Shown here: piece by piece, positions 18,492 to 28,218 of the stretch
Layout: each line of letters opens with the position of its first letter
Position numbering within the stretch: position 1 is the stretch's first letter
NCBI GenBank assembly: GCA_965261595.1
Contig: CBDHDG010000003.1
Span: 32,001-96,000, forward strand
DNA from: a bacterium
GTDB taxonomy: Bacteria; UBA8248; JACPRG01; G963555815
DNA length: 64,000 bases
Direction of reading: 5' to 3'
Translations under genes and position numbers: made by a program
Notes under the pieces: generated by a model
The model's database searches: none
Told to the model about the DNA's origin: nothing
The model's input: the letters and a program-made list of their open reading frames with translations, nothing else

Positions 18492-19706
18492 TTACCCGAA
18501 CGCCTGGCTCCACCCCTCGCCCAGAATATCGGTCGCGATACTGTCGGCGATACGGTCGGCGGCCTCCTGCACCGAATCCCGCGCCAGATGGGCGTACCGG
18601 GCCGTGGTCTCGACCTGGCTGTGGCCCAACAGCTTGCCGATCATCGGAAGACTCTCGCCGAGCGCCAGTGCACGGCTGGCATACGAGTGACGTAGATCAT
18701 GAATTCGAAAGTCCTCCAAGCCGGCCCGCGCCCGGATGACCTGCCAGGCCTGATCCACGTTGCTCATATGCGTGCCCGGCTTCCGGCCGGGAATGACACA
18801 GGGGTTGGCCGGTTCTCGCGGCAGACCGGAAAGAAGCCTCACCGCCGAGGGCGACAATGGAACCACCCGTGCGCCCGTCTTGGCGTCGGGCAGTCTCAAT
18901 TCGTTCTGATCCAGCGCCACGTCCTCCCACCGCAGGGTCAGGATCTCGTTCTTCCGGCATCCGGTCAGCATAAGCAGACGGAGAGCGGTCACCGCGGATG
19001 CCGACGCGCCGCCCCGGGTCTCGACCTCATCCAGTACCTTTCCCAGGCGGGTGAACTCTCCATCGGTCAGAAACCTTTCCCGCTTGCGCTCGGGAAACCT
19101 GACCGCCAGCCGGCAGGGGTTGCATCCCTCCGGAACGAGCCCCCAGCTCTCGGCCAGCCTGTACATCAGCGACAGGGTGCGGACCACCATGTTCGCCATC
19201 GCAGGGGTCTCGTAGAGTTCGTCATGCAGCTCCATGACCCGTGCGCGGCTGACCGCCTCCAGCGGTAGCTGACCGAGGGCGGGCACGATATGACGATTCA
19301 CCACCGTCCGGGTCGACTTCATGGTGCTCGGCTTGTAGCGCACCGCCACGTGCTCTTCGAGAAACCGCCTCGCAAGCTGGCCCACTGTCGGCCCACCGGA
19401 CAGCTTCACCGCCATGGGCTCGGGCACCGGCTCCTCGCCGGCCTTGACCCGGGCGATGATCAGGGCCGCCCGCTGACGTGCCTGCTCCGCGCCGAGCACC
19501 CCGTGTCGGCCCACCGTGACCCGCTTCGGTCCCCCCGGTCCCCGGGCCTGGGCGACATAGACCTTGCCGCCCGCGGGATAGACCCGCATCCCGAAGCCGG
19601 TGAGCTCGTGATCCCAGAACACCGTGTCTTTTTCTACCTTCAGCTTCTCGACCGTGCGGTTCGAGAGCGTCTTGTATTCCAGCTTCGCCATGTCATCCAG
19701 CCTCAT
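18492..19706 (-). CDS. Tyrosine recombinase/integrase with arm-binding domain
   Basis: FWDHELTGFGMRV arm domain. Catalytic motifs TGCRK, HDLRH, LLGH, TARY. Confidence 0.95.
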   Translation of the reverse strand: MRLDDMAKLEYKTLSNRTVEKLKVEKDTVFWDHELTGFGMRVYPAGGKVYVAQARGPGGPKRVTVGRHGVLGAEQARQRAALIIARVKAGEEPVPEPMAVKLSGGPTVGQLARRFLEEHVAVRYKPSTMKSTRTVVNRHIVPALGQLPLEAVSRARVMELHDELYETPAMANMVVRTLSLMYRLAESWGLVPEGCNPCRLAVRFPERKRERFLTDGEFTRLGKVLDEVETRGGASASAVTALRLLMLTGCRKNEILTLRWEDVALDQNELRLPDAKTGARVVPLSPSAVRLLSGLPREPANPCVIPGRKPGTHMSNVDQAWQVIRARAGLEDFRIHDLRHSYASRALALGESLPMIGKLLGHSQVETTARYAHLARDSVQEAADRIADSIATDILGEGWSQAFG

Positions 19707-20887
19707 GTCGCCTCGGTGCTCCGCGGCCCGATGTGGGCGCCGATGCTGTCGCCCACCCGGGTCGCGGCTTCCTTCTCCGCATCCCGCATCAAGTGCGCAT
19801 AACGTGCTGTCGTTGATACTTGACTGTGACCGAGCAGCTTGCCGATCACGGGCAGGCTCTCGCCCAGCGCCAGGGCCCTCGATGCATAGCTGTGCCGGAT
19901 GTCGTGAATCCGGACGTCATCCAAGCCGGCCTGCGCCCGGATGGGTTGCCAGTAGTGGTCGAGGTTCGTCAGACCGGTCCCCGGCCTTTGTCCGACAAGC
20001 ACCCAGGGAGTGCCTTCGATACGGGGAATGCCGTTAAGCACTCTCAGCACGTGCCCGGTTAGGGGCGCCATGCGCGGACCCGACTTGGCGTCCCTGAGCC
20101 TCAACTCGCCCGCCGTGCGGTCCACGTCGTCCCAGCGCAACGTCAGGATCTCGCTCTTCCGGCATCCGGTCAGCAGCAGCAGCCGGAGCGCCGCAATCAC
20201 CGGCGGCCACACCGAGCCGTCCGTTTCCGCGTCCCTCAACACACGGCCCAGCCGCCGGAACTCCTCCGGCGTCAGAAACCGCTCGCACGACCTCTCCTTG
20301 TAGCGGCGCACCGACCGGCACGGGTTCCGGCCGGGCGGCAGTCTTTCCCAGGCTTCCGCCAACGAGAACATTCTCGACAGAACCTTGACCGTCCGGTTGG
20401 CCATTGCAGGCGTGTCACGAAGCCGGTGATGCAGCGCGGAAATCTCCCTTCGTCCTACCTCGTTGATTGACATCGCGCCCAGGGTGGGAAGAATGTGCTT
20501 GTCGAGCACGCACCGGTACGTTGCAACGGTGCTCGGCTTGCAATGCACCTTGACATGGGTGCGCAGGAACCGTTCGGACAGTTCGGCCAACGTGAGCTCC
20601 GGCTCGGGCGGCGCGGGCACGGGGTCCTCCCCCCGCTTGATGCGGTCGATGACCACGGCCGCCCGCTTCCTCGCCTCCTCGGTCGACATGTCCCCATGCC
20701 GTCCGAGGGTCACTCGCTTCGGTCCGGCCGGCCCCCGGGACTGCACTACGTAGACCTTGCGACCCGTGGCATGGACCCGCACCCCGAAGCCCGCCAGGTC
20801 CCGGTCCCAGAAGACGCCATCCTTGGCATCGACGGTGAGTGCATCCACGGTGCGTTTGGTGATCCTGAGCTCGCTCCTTCTGGGCAT
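19703..20887 (-). CDS. Tyrosine recombinase/integrase with arm-binding domain (paralog)
   Basis: AAGGAG RBS. FWDRDLAGFGVRV; TGCRK, HDIRH, LLGH, TARY. ATGA overlap with the downstream integrase. Confidence 0.95.
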   Translation of the reverse strand: MPRRSELRITKRTVDALTVDAKDGVFWDRDLAGFGVRVHATGRKVYVVQSRGPAGPKRVTLGRHGDMSTEEARKRAAVVIDRIKRGEDPVPAPPEPELTLAELSERFLRTHVKVHCKPSTVATYRCVLDKHILPTLGAMSINEVGRREISALHHRLRDTPAMANRTVKVLSRMFSLAEAWERLPPGRNPCRSVRRYKERSCERFLTPEEFRRLGRVLRDAETDGSVWPPVIAALRLLLLTGCRKSEILTLRWDDVDRTAGELRLRDAKSGPRMAPLTGHVLRVLNGIPRIEGTPWVLVGQRPGTGLTNLDHYWQPIRAQAGLDDVRIHDIRHSYASRALALGESLPVIGKLLGHSQVSTTARYAHLMRDAEKEAATRVGDSIGAHIGPRSTEAT

Positions 20888-21099
20888 GGTCGCTCCTTGC
20901 CTTTGTTCTATGGTGATTCGGTATGCAATTCCGTAATCAAATAGAACACACGCTGCATCAAATCGGTGCGTATTTGAGCACAAGCGTGGCGGGAATGCAA
21001 GGGGCAAGAGACGGGATAATGAAAAATAAATTCAATGTTTACAGCACTTTATCTCAGCACAGCGTTCTCGGTCGCACCATTGGCGAGGTGAGATATTTT

Positions 21100-22000
21100 A
21101 ACCACGTTTTCCATCTTGTGAAACCAGCACCGCTGATGGGGCGTGAAGGGGTAGACCACCTCCAGCGCCGCCAACAGCCCCGGGTTGCCGTCGGTGATGA
21201 TGAGGCGAAGGGAGTGACCCAAAAGCCCCCGGTGGTAGAGGTCGTCGAGGAACTTCGTCCACGTGGCCTCGCTCTCCGAGTCGGCCAGACGGAAGTCGAT
21301 GATCTCCCGCCGGCCCGCGAGTGTGACGCCCATCGCGCACAAAAGGACCTTGCGCCGGCTTCTCGACGCCCCGCGCACCTTGAAAGCCAGGCCATCCAGG
21401 AACACACAACGGTAGTGGTCGCTCAAAGGGCGGTCGTGGAACGCCGCAACGTCTCGGCTGAGCGCCGTGCACACCCGCGAGACGGTGGAGGCGCTCACCG
21501 CTTCACCCAACAACCCCTTCACGCACGCCCCCACCCGGCGGGTGGACACCCCGGCCAGGAAGCAATCGCGAAGCGTGCGGTCCACCACCGCCCGGCGGCG
21601 CCGGTAGCGCGAACGCCCGGCTCTGAAAGCCGCCGCCGCGAACCCGGGGCACACGCAGGGCGCGGATCAGCCCCCCCTCGGTCCCCAGGTCCCGGACGTA
21701 GTGGCCGTTGGCCCAGTCGCGCCGCTTGGGCGTGCGCTCCCGGAACCCGGCCGCCAGGTAGACGGCCCGCTCCTCGGCCATCAGGCCCTCCAAAAACCCT
21801 TTCAGGCTCGCCTCGATGGGCAACTCCACCTCCCACGTCTCATTCAGCTCTTGAAATGCCCGGCCCAAATCCTTATCCCCAAAAAGCAACTTCGGTTGCA
21901 TTGGGTGTGCTCCTCCAAAATGGGTTTCTTGCTCCCAGGAAGAGTACACCCTCTCTTTTTGCCCGAAAACACTTTCTACACACAAAACGGTACATCACCC
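21100..22000 (-). pseudogene. IS256-family element remnant: frameshifted, 3'-truncated transposase (start 21901)
   Basis: End GGGTGATGTACCGTTTTGTGTGTAG. ANGHYVRDL and LRVPRVR in one frame; GVSTRRV, FLDG, ITDGNPGL, HQRCWFHK in another (shift near 21610). Confidence 0.85.
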
Positions 22001-22143
22001 GCTCAAGACGCATGTTGACAAATCTGATGTTTTTAGGGTAGCCCTGACAGTTAATCGGGAAAGGGTAGTAACTTCGGCGGCTTCTGATTGAGCAAGATGA
22101 AGCGTTCCGTGGGCGGCTTGCATTTTCAAAAGGAGGATTTGGA

Positions 22144-23046
22144 ATGAGAAATCTTCGACGAACCGCACAGACGTTGATACTCATTTTGATCCTTGCGGCC
22201 ATGGTTTGGGCCGTCCCTCGGGCCCTTGCTCAAAAGCAGACGACCTTTTGCGCCAGTTGGGTCATCAACGCGGAGCGGGCGATGCATATTCTCTCCGTGG
22301 AGAAGGGGTACTTCAAGGCCGAAGGGCTTGACGTCAAATACGTTCGCGGCTATGGGTCGGGAGACGCGTTCAAGCGTGTGGGGGCTGGGTCCTGCGATAT
22401 CGCGGAAACGGCGGGAGGCGCTGTTGTCCTAGGCCGGGCCAAGGGAATCCCGGCCAAGCTCGTGGCCATGCAGTCCCATAAGTTCGAAGAGACCCTATTC
22501 TTCTTCGCCGGGTCCGGGGTCAACTCTCCCAAGGATCTGGAAGGCAAGCGGGTGACGGGAGGCCCGAAGGCCGCCTCGAACACGTTGATGTTCCCCCTTT
22601 TCGCCAAGGCGAACAACATCGACCTTTCAAAGGTGGGGATTATTTACATGTCCCCGGGCGCCAAGGCCGCCAGCCTGGCCGCCGGCAAGGTGGACGCATT
22701 GGCGAGCTACCATCGGTCTCGGCCGAGACTTGACAAGGCCTCCAAGCAGGTCGGGAAAGATATTAAGATGATGGTCTATGCGGACTACGGCGTGGACCTC
22801 TATTCCGGGGGGATTACCGCATCGGACGCGACCATCGCCAACAAGGGCGAATTTGTTCTTGGTTTCCTGAGAGGCCTTTTCCGCGGTATGGCCGAGTCTT
22901 TGAAGGATCCTGAAGGAACAATCGACCTGTTCATGAAAGAACACGGTGGGTCCCGGGTGTTCAGCATCCGAACCCTCAAGCTCGTCCAGGATTTTTGGTT
23001 CGACCGCTACTATAAAAAAGAAGGCCTGGGCCATGTCAATGAGAAA
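22144..23046 (+). pseudogene. NMT1/THI5-like ABC transporter substrate-binding protein, C-terminus cut by IS1595
   Basis: Signal peptide, EKGYFKAEGLDV, PKDLEGK, GKVDA, YGVDLY. The last codons of the track ORF are IS sequence. Confidence 0.85.
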
Positions 23047-23144
23047 CGGAATTTCCTATATTAAGACCTTGGCAAACTCTCCCGCTTGGATTATATTTGA
23101 TCTCGTGAATGAAGATTGGATAACCCAAGCAAGGAGAGAATGTC

Positions 23145-24023
23145 ATGGACATCATACAGGTTTTCGAGCAGTTTCCAACCCAAAAATCATGCATCGAACA
23201 TCTTGAGGCGGCGCGGTGGAGGGGTACGCCGTGCTGTATGTACTGCGGATCCATCAAGGTGGCCCGACACATTAAACGGTGGCGGTGCTATGACTGCCGG
23301 ACCTCCTTCAGCGTTATGGTTGGCACGATCTTTCATCACACGCACCTTCCCCTTCAGAAATGGTTCCTGGCGATCTCCCTCATCCTGAACGCCAAGAAGG
23401 GGCTGTCCGCCCTTCAGCTTTCGCGCGATCTCAAGGTGAACAAGAACACGGCTTGGCGCATTGCCATGCAGATCCGAAAGTCCATGACGCAGGCCGGGCA
23501 ACGAGAAATGCTCACCGGGATCGTGGAGATGGACGAAACCTATGTGGGCGGAAAACCACGGAAGGGAACCGGCAAGAAGGGTGACACATCGAAGCGCGGG
23601 CGCGGAACGGACAAGGCCCCCGTGGTCGGCGCTGTGGAGCGAGGCGGCCGGGTGACGGCCAAGGCCGTGAAGAAGGGGAGCATGAAGGCTAAGCACCTGA
23701 GAGCCTTTGTCCGGGAGCGAATCAAGACACATGAATCCGAGTTGATCACGGATGAATACAAGGGCTATCTCGGAATGTCGAAAGTTCTCCCCCACAGGGT
23801 CATCCGTCACGACAAATGGTATGTGGACGGTGACATCCACACGAATACGATTGACGGCTTCTGGGCCTTGCTGAAACGCGGGATGTTCGGCCAGTTCCAC
23901 AGTGTGAGCCGGAAGCACCTGCAACGTTACGTGGACGAGTTCTGCTTCCGATTCAACCTGCGCGAGTCCGATCCCATTATGGCGTTCGAGTTTACCATCA
24001 ACAGGGGTATGGGGGTGGCATGA
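23145..24023 (+). CDS. IS1595-family transposase
   Basis: Zn ribbon CxxC...CxxC, VEMDETYVGG, ITDE, HTNTIDGFW, YVDEFCFRFN. Confidence 0.95.
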   Translation: MDIIQVFEQFPTQKSCIEHLEAARWRGTPCCMYCGSIKVARHIKRWRCYDCRTSFSVMVGTIFHHTHLPLQKWFLAISLILNAKKGLSALQLSRDLKVNKNTAWRIAMQIRKSMTQAGQREMLTGIVEMDETYVGGKPRKGTGKKGDTSKRGRGTDKAPVVGAVERGGRVTAKAVKKGSMKAKHLRAFVRERIKTHESELITDEYKGYLGMSKVLPHRVIRHDKWYVDGDIHTNTIDGFWALLKRGMFGQFHSVSRKHLQRYVDEFCFRFNLRESDPIMAFEFTINRGMGVA

Positions 24024-24922
24024 TGAGGGATAAACCACTGGAAGTCATTGCAGGCGCGCCGGATAGACCGTTGAGCATCGGGGATATCGAGATTCAATGC
24101 TACGTCCTGGAAGACGAGACAAGAGTTTTGTCACAATCCGGGATGTTCGCTGGACTTGGACTCGCTCGAAGTGGACTGGTCCAAATCGGCGGCGGGGCGC
24201 AAATGCCTCGTTTTGCCACCTCAAAATCTCTCAAGCCCTATATTCCCAATGAATTAACGGCGGGTCTAAGTTCTCCAAAAATATTTCAGCCGGTCAGGGG
24301 GGGGAGAACGGCGTACGGATTGGTAGCGACCATCTTGGCTGACATTTGCGAAGCAGTGCTTCTTGCGAGAGGTGCAGGATCATTGACAAATAAACAGGAA
24401 CGCTTAGCGGACAGATGCGAATTTCTTATGAGAGGATTTGCTCGTGTCGGAATCATAGCCCTCGTTGACGAGGCGACTGGCTATCAACGCATTCGGGAAG
24501 AACGCGCCCTTGCCAAAATCCTTGAAAGATACATTGCCGATGAACTGCAACCGTGGACAAAGACATTTCCCTACAACTTTTATGAGGGAATTGTCAAACT
24601 GAAACAGTGGCCGTCGATATATGCAATCAAACGCCCTTCCATCATTGGTCGATACACCAACAATATCGTCTACGAGCGCATAGAGGACGGTTTGTATCAT
24701 GCGCTTAGAAGGAAAAACCCCAAGCTCCCAGCTGGGTACAGGAAGCATAAACATCATCAGTGGTTCACGCCTGAGCATGGTCATCCCAAGCTGGAGGAAC
24801 ATATCTCCAATGTCAGCACCCTTATGCGAGTTGCGGCAAATTGGAAGTCGTTTTATGAGACCTTGCTCCCGAGAGCATTTCCCAAAAAGCGCGAGCAGAT
24901 ACCCTTGGCACTGGATGATTGA
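24020..24922 (+). CDS. P63C domain protein
   Basis: IQCYVLEDETRVLSQ, FARVGIIALVDEATGYQ, QPWTKTFP, KHHQWFT. Confidence 0.85.
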   Translation: MMRDKPLEVIAGAPDRPLSIGDIEIQCYVLEDETRVLSQSGMFAGLGLARSGLVQIGGGAQMPRFATSKSLKPYIPNELTAGLSSPKIFQPVRGGRTAYGLVATILADICEAVLLARGAGSLTNKQERLADRCEFLMRGFARVGIIALVDEATGYQRIREERALAKILERYIADELQPWTKTFPYNFYEGIVKLKQWPSIYAIKRPSIIGRYTNNIVYERIEDGLYHALRRKNPKLPAGYRKHKHHQWFTPEHGHPKLEEHISNVSTLMRVAANWKSFYETLLPRAFPKKREQIPLALDD

Positions 24923-25364
24923 TATGACCGCCCCAAGTTGAGATAACGCTGGCCTGTCGGGGAACATATTATCATAAGGTCTTAATCTAGGAAATTCCGT
25001 TTAAAAGAGACAGGCGACAACGCTCTTCGCGCGATGTAGCGCGCAAAGAAGCCCTGTCTCTCCAGATGACGCCAAGACTTTCCATTCAGGGGTCCGCACG
25101 GCTTTGGGTCCCGGGTGAGGAGGGAAGGGGCGGTTCTCGGCCGAAAACGCACACAGACCATTATGAGGGACGAAAATCATAGGCCATTCTGGAGTTGCGC
25201 CATCGGCCGGACACCCAAAGTCAGTTCATCCGTTCGCACCCCGCCGGCGGCGATGGATTCGGTGATTGTCAGTCGGCGTGGGTTCGTCGGGGGATCGCGG
25301 GTGATTTCAGGTTCGGTTGTTTTCCGCCTTCACCGCGGAGATTGATCGACGCGGAAAGCTACGC

Positions 25365-25997
25365 ATGGAAGAAGGAAAAAAGGGACCTCGCATCCCGCCC
25401 TCCTCGGCCGCTCTCCTTGTCGTAGACATGCAAAATGGGTTTCTTCACCCGGAAGGTGCCCTGGGACGGGACGGGGCACCCGTCGAGCCGATGTGGGAAA
25501 TTGTGCCGCGGGTCGCGGAGCTTCACCGCCTCTGCCGGCAAATGGGCATTCCGGACATCTGGTCCATCCAGGAGAGGCTCGCGGAAGACAAGGCCAGAGC
25601 GGCCCGCCGCATTCCCGCCCATACGGCAAAACGGAGCGTCATCCCCTGCTTGAAGGACACTTGGGATGCGGAGATCGTGGCAGACCTGAAACCGCTCATC
25701 GATGAAAAGAGCACGATCCTGCGAAAGAATAGATTCAGCTGCTTCTATAACACGAACCTTGAATATCTCTTGCGCGCCTTTGGGGCCACGACCCTTATCC
25801 TCACTGGCGTAACAACCCAGGCCTGCGTCGAGACAACCGCGCGGGAGGCCTACTTGAGGGAATTGGATGTCTTGGTGGTTGAAGATTGCGTGGCCAGCCA
25901 ATCGGAGGCATTCCACCGGGCGTCCCTTCAGGTGATGAACCGGTACTTCGGCCTGGTGATTCCCTTGCGAGAACTCTCGGGCATACTCACTCCCTGA
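25365..25997 (+). CDS. Cysteine hydrolase / isochorismatase family
   Basis: ALLVVDMQNGF, KNRFSCF, GVTTQACVETT (Asp-Lys-Cys triad). Confidence 0.92.
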   Translation: MEEGKKGPRIPPSSAALLVVDMQNGFLHPEGALGRDGAPVEPMWEIVPRVAELHRLCRQMGIPDIWSIQERLAEDKARAARRIPAHTAKRSVIPCLKDTWDAEIVADLKPLIDEKSTILRKNRFSCFYNTNLEYLLRAFGATTLILTGVTTQACVETTAREAYLRELDVLVVEDCVASQSEAFHRASLQVMNRYFGLVIPLRELSGILTP

Positions 25998-26011
25998 TCT
26001 GGAGGCTCGAC

Positions 26012-28204
26012 TTGGCCAATCCTCGAAAGCGTGAAGCGCAACCGGAGCGGCCGGCCTCTTCCGGCTCGCACCCCGCGGCGGAGGGCCGGAACCCTGAAGG
26101 CACCCGGCAGACCCCGCGAGCCATCCTTGGGGTGGATTCGGGGGGGACTTTCACGGACTGTGTCTTTATCGACGAAAGCGGCCTGATTTCTCACGACAAG
26201 GCGTTCTCGAACCCCCGGGACCTGGAGGGGAGCGTCCTTTCGGCCATTGGAAACGTTGCGGCCCGCTCAGGGAAAGACCTCTCGCACCTTTTGGGCGAGG
26301 CGCGTCTCCTGGGGCATGGGACAACGGTGGGAATTAACGCTTACTACACGGGTCGGGGCGCAAAGGTCGGTCTCATCACCACCAAGGGGCACGAGGACGC
26401 CATCCTTATCGGGCGCGTATATCAAAAGGTGACCGGTCTCATCGAGAAAGAGATCACCGTCGCCCACCGGCTCCGCAAGCCGAAACCGCTTGTTCCGAAA
26501 CCCCTCATTAAAGGGGTGACCGAGCGAGTCGACTTTCGCGGAGAAGCCATCGTCCCCCTCTGTCTTCCGGAGGTGGCTCAAGCGATCCGGGAGCTTCAGG
26601 AGGAAGGCGTCGAAGCGATTGCCGTTTCTTTTCTCTGGTCTTTCAAGAACCCCTCCCACGAACGCCATGTCCGGTCCTTGATCGAAGAAGCGGCCCCCGA
26701 TGTTTTTGTGACTTTGTCGAGCGAGCTTGCCCCGGTCATCAACGAGTACGAGCGCACCATCACCACCGTCCTGAACGCATACCTCGGTCCCGTCCTCTCT
26801 CGATACCTGGGTGCCCTTGAAGGAAAGCTGCAACAGGAGTTCTTCCGCGGCTCGTTCCTCGTCATGCAATCCACGGGGGGCGCTCTCCCGGCGGTGGAGG
26901 CCCAGGAAGTCGCGGTCCAGGTCTTGAACTCCGGACCCATTGGAGGGGTTTTGGGCGCCCTGGCCTTAAGCCGGGTCAAGGGGTGGGGAAATTTGATTGC
27001 CACCGACGTCGGCGGGACGATCTTCGACGTGAGCCTCGTGGTCGATGGGGAGTCCCTTCCCGCGGCCACGCCCATCTTCGACCGTTACCACCTGGCGTTG
27101 CCATTGACGGACATCTCCTCAATCGGGGCGGGCGGGGGGAGCATCGCCCGCGTGGAAGAGGGCGCCCGCCTCCTTCAGGTCGGACCCGACAGCGCCGGGG
27201 CCTATCCGGGTCCCGTTTGTTACAGGCGTGAAGGCACGGAGCCCACAGTTACGGACGCGGACGTCGTCTTGGGACGGATCAATCCGGAGAATTTCTTCGG
27301 CGGGAGACATCGCATCGATGTGGATGCCGCCAAGTCGGCGATCGAAGAGAAGGTGGCGAAGCCCCTGGGCATGGAGGTCCATGACGCCGCACAAGCCATC
27401 TTGGATGTTATCGATGCCCGGATGGCGGACCTGGTCCGGAAGGTGACGATCGAAAGAGGTCACGACCCGAGAGACTTCGTCCTCTTGGCTTACGGGGGAA
27501 GCGGGCCGACCCATGTGGGCGCCTACGGGAGAGATCTTGGCTCGCTCCTTGCCGTGATATCCCCCTATTCCTCAGTTTTCTCCGCCTTCGGCATCGCCTC
27601 AGCCGACATCCTGCGCACTTACGTTCAGTCGGACCCCAAGTTGATGCCTTGCACCGCGGCGGAGGTGAACGCCATTTTCAAAGCCTCGGAGGAAAGGGCC
27701 CTTCGGGAGTTCCAGGGAATGGGCCTTGATTCCGATGCCGTTTCACTTTGTCGCAGTGCCGCGATGAAGTTCCGGCGTCAGGTCCACGAACTCCAAGTGC
27801 CCGTCCCGGGCGGGGAGCTCCGGGATGGGGACATCTCCGAAATCCAGGCGCGCTTCAGCGATCTTTATGAGCGAACTTACGGAGAGGGGACATCCTACGA
27901 GGAGGCGGGAGTCGAAGTGAACACGTTCCGGGTGACCGCGATCGGCCATCTGCCGAAACCCTCTCCCAAACCGCTCCCCCTGAAAGGTCCGGAGGCTCAA
28001 GGGGCCCTCGATGGGGACCGCAAGGTCTACTTCAACGCGACGCAACGCTTTTTGGACACACCGGTCTATCGTGCCGGCCGGCTCGAACCGGGAAACGAAA
28101 TACAAGGCCCCGCCATCGTGGAGGATGCGACCCTGAGTCTTCCGGTTCATCCCGGGCAACGGATTCGCGTGGACGAGTACAGAAATCTTCTTTTGACTTT
28201 TTGA
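26012..28204 (+). CDS. Hydantoinase/oxoprolinase A subunit (ATP-binding)
   Basis: GVDSGGTFTD, HGTT, EYERT, SGPIGG, DVGGT, IGAGGGS, VGPDSAGA. GGAGG RBS before TTG 26012. Confidence 0.93.
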   Translation: MANPRKREAQPERPASSGSHPAAEGRNPEGTRQTPRAILGVDSGGTFTDCVFIDESGLISHDKAFSNPRDLEGSVLSAIGNVAARSGKDLSHLLGEARLLGHGTTVGINAYYTGRGAKVGLITTKGHEDAILIGRVYQKVTGLIEKEITVAHRLRKPKPLVPKPLIKGVTERVDFRGEAIVPLCLPEVAQAIRELQEEGVEAIAVSFLWSFKNPSHERHVRSLIEEAAPDVFVTLSSELAPVINEYERTITTVLNAYLGPVLSRYLGALEGKLQQEFFRGSFLVMQSTGGALPAVEAQEVAVQVLNSGPIGGVLGALALSRVKGWGNLIATDVGGTIFDVSLVVDGESLPAATPIFDRYHLALPLTDISSIGAGGGSIARVEEGARLLQVGPDSAGAYPGPVCYRREGTEPTVTDADVVLGRINPENFFGGRHRIDVDAAKSAIEEKVAKPLGMEVHDAAQAILDVIDARMADLVRKVTIERGHDPRDFVLLAYGGSGPTHVGAYGRDLGSLLAVISPYSSVFSAFGIASADILRTYVQSDPKLMPCTAAEVNAIFKASEERALREFQGMGLDSDAVSLCRSAAMKFRRQVHELQVPVPGGELRDGDISEIQARFSDLYERTYGEGTSYEEAGVEVNTFRVTAIGHLPKPSPKPLPLKGPEAQGALDGDRKVYFNATQRFLDTPVYRAGRLEPGNEIQGPAIVEDATLSLPVHPGQRIRVDEYRNLLLTF

Positions 28205-28218
28205 GGCCGGAGGCCCCC

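Larger units (their letters stand above)
23047..24999 (+). mobile_element. IS1595-family transporter IS carrying a passenger gene
   Basis: 24-bp IRs CGGAATTTCCTATATTAAGACCTT / AAGGTCTTAATCTAGGAAATTCCG (23/24 match). No target duplication. Confidence 0.92.
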
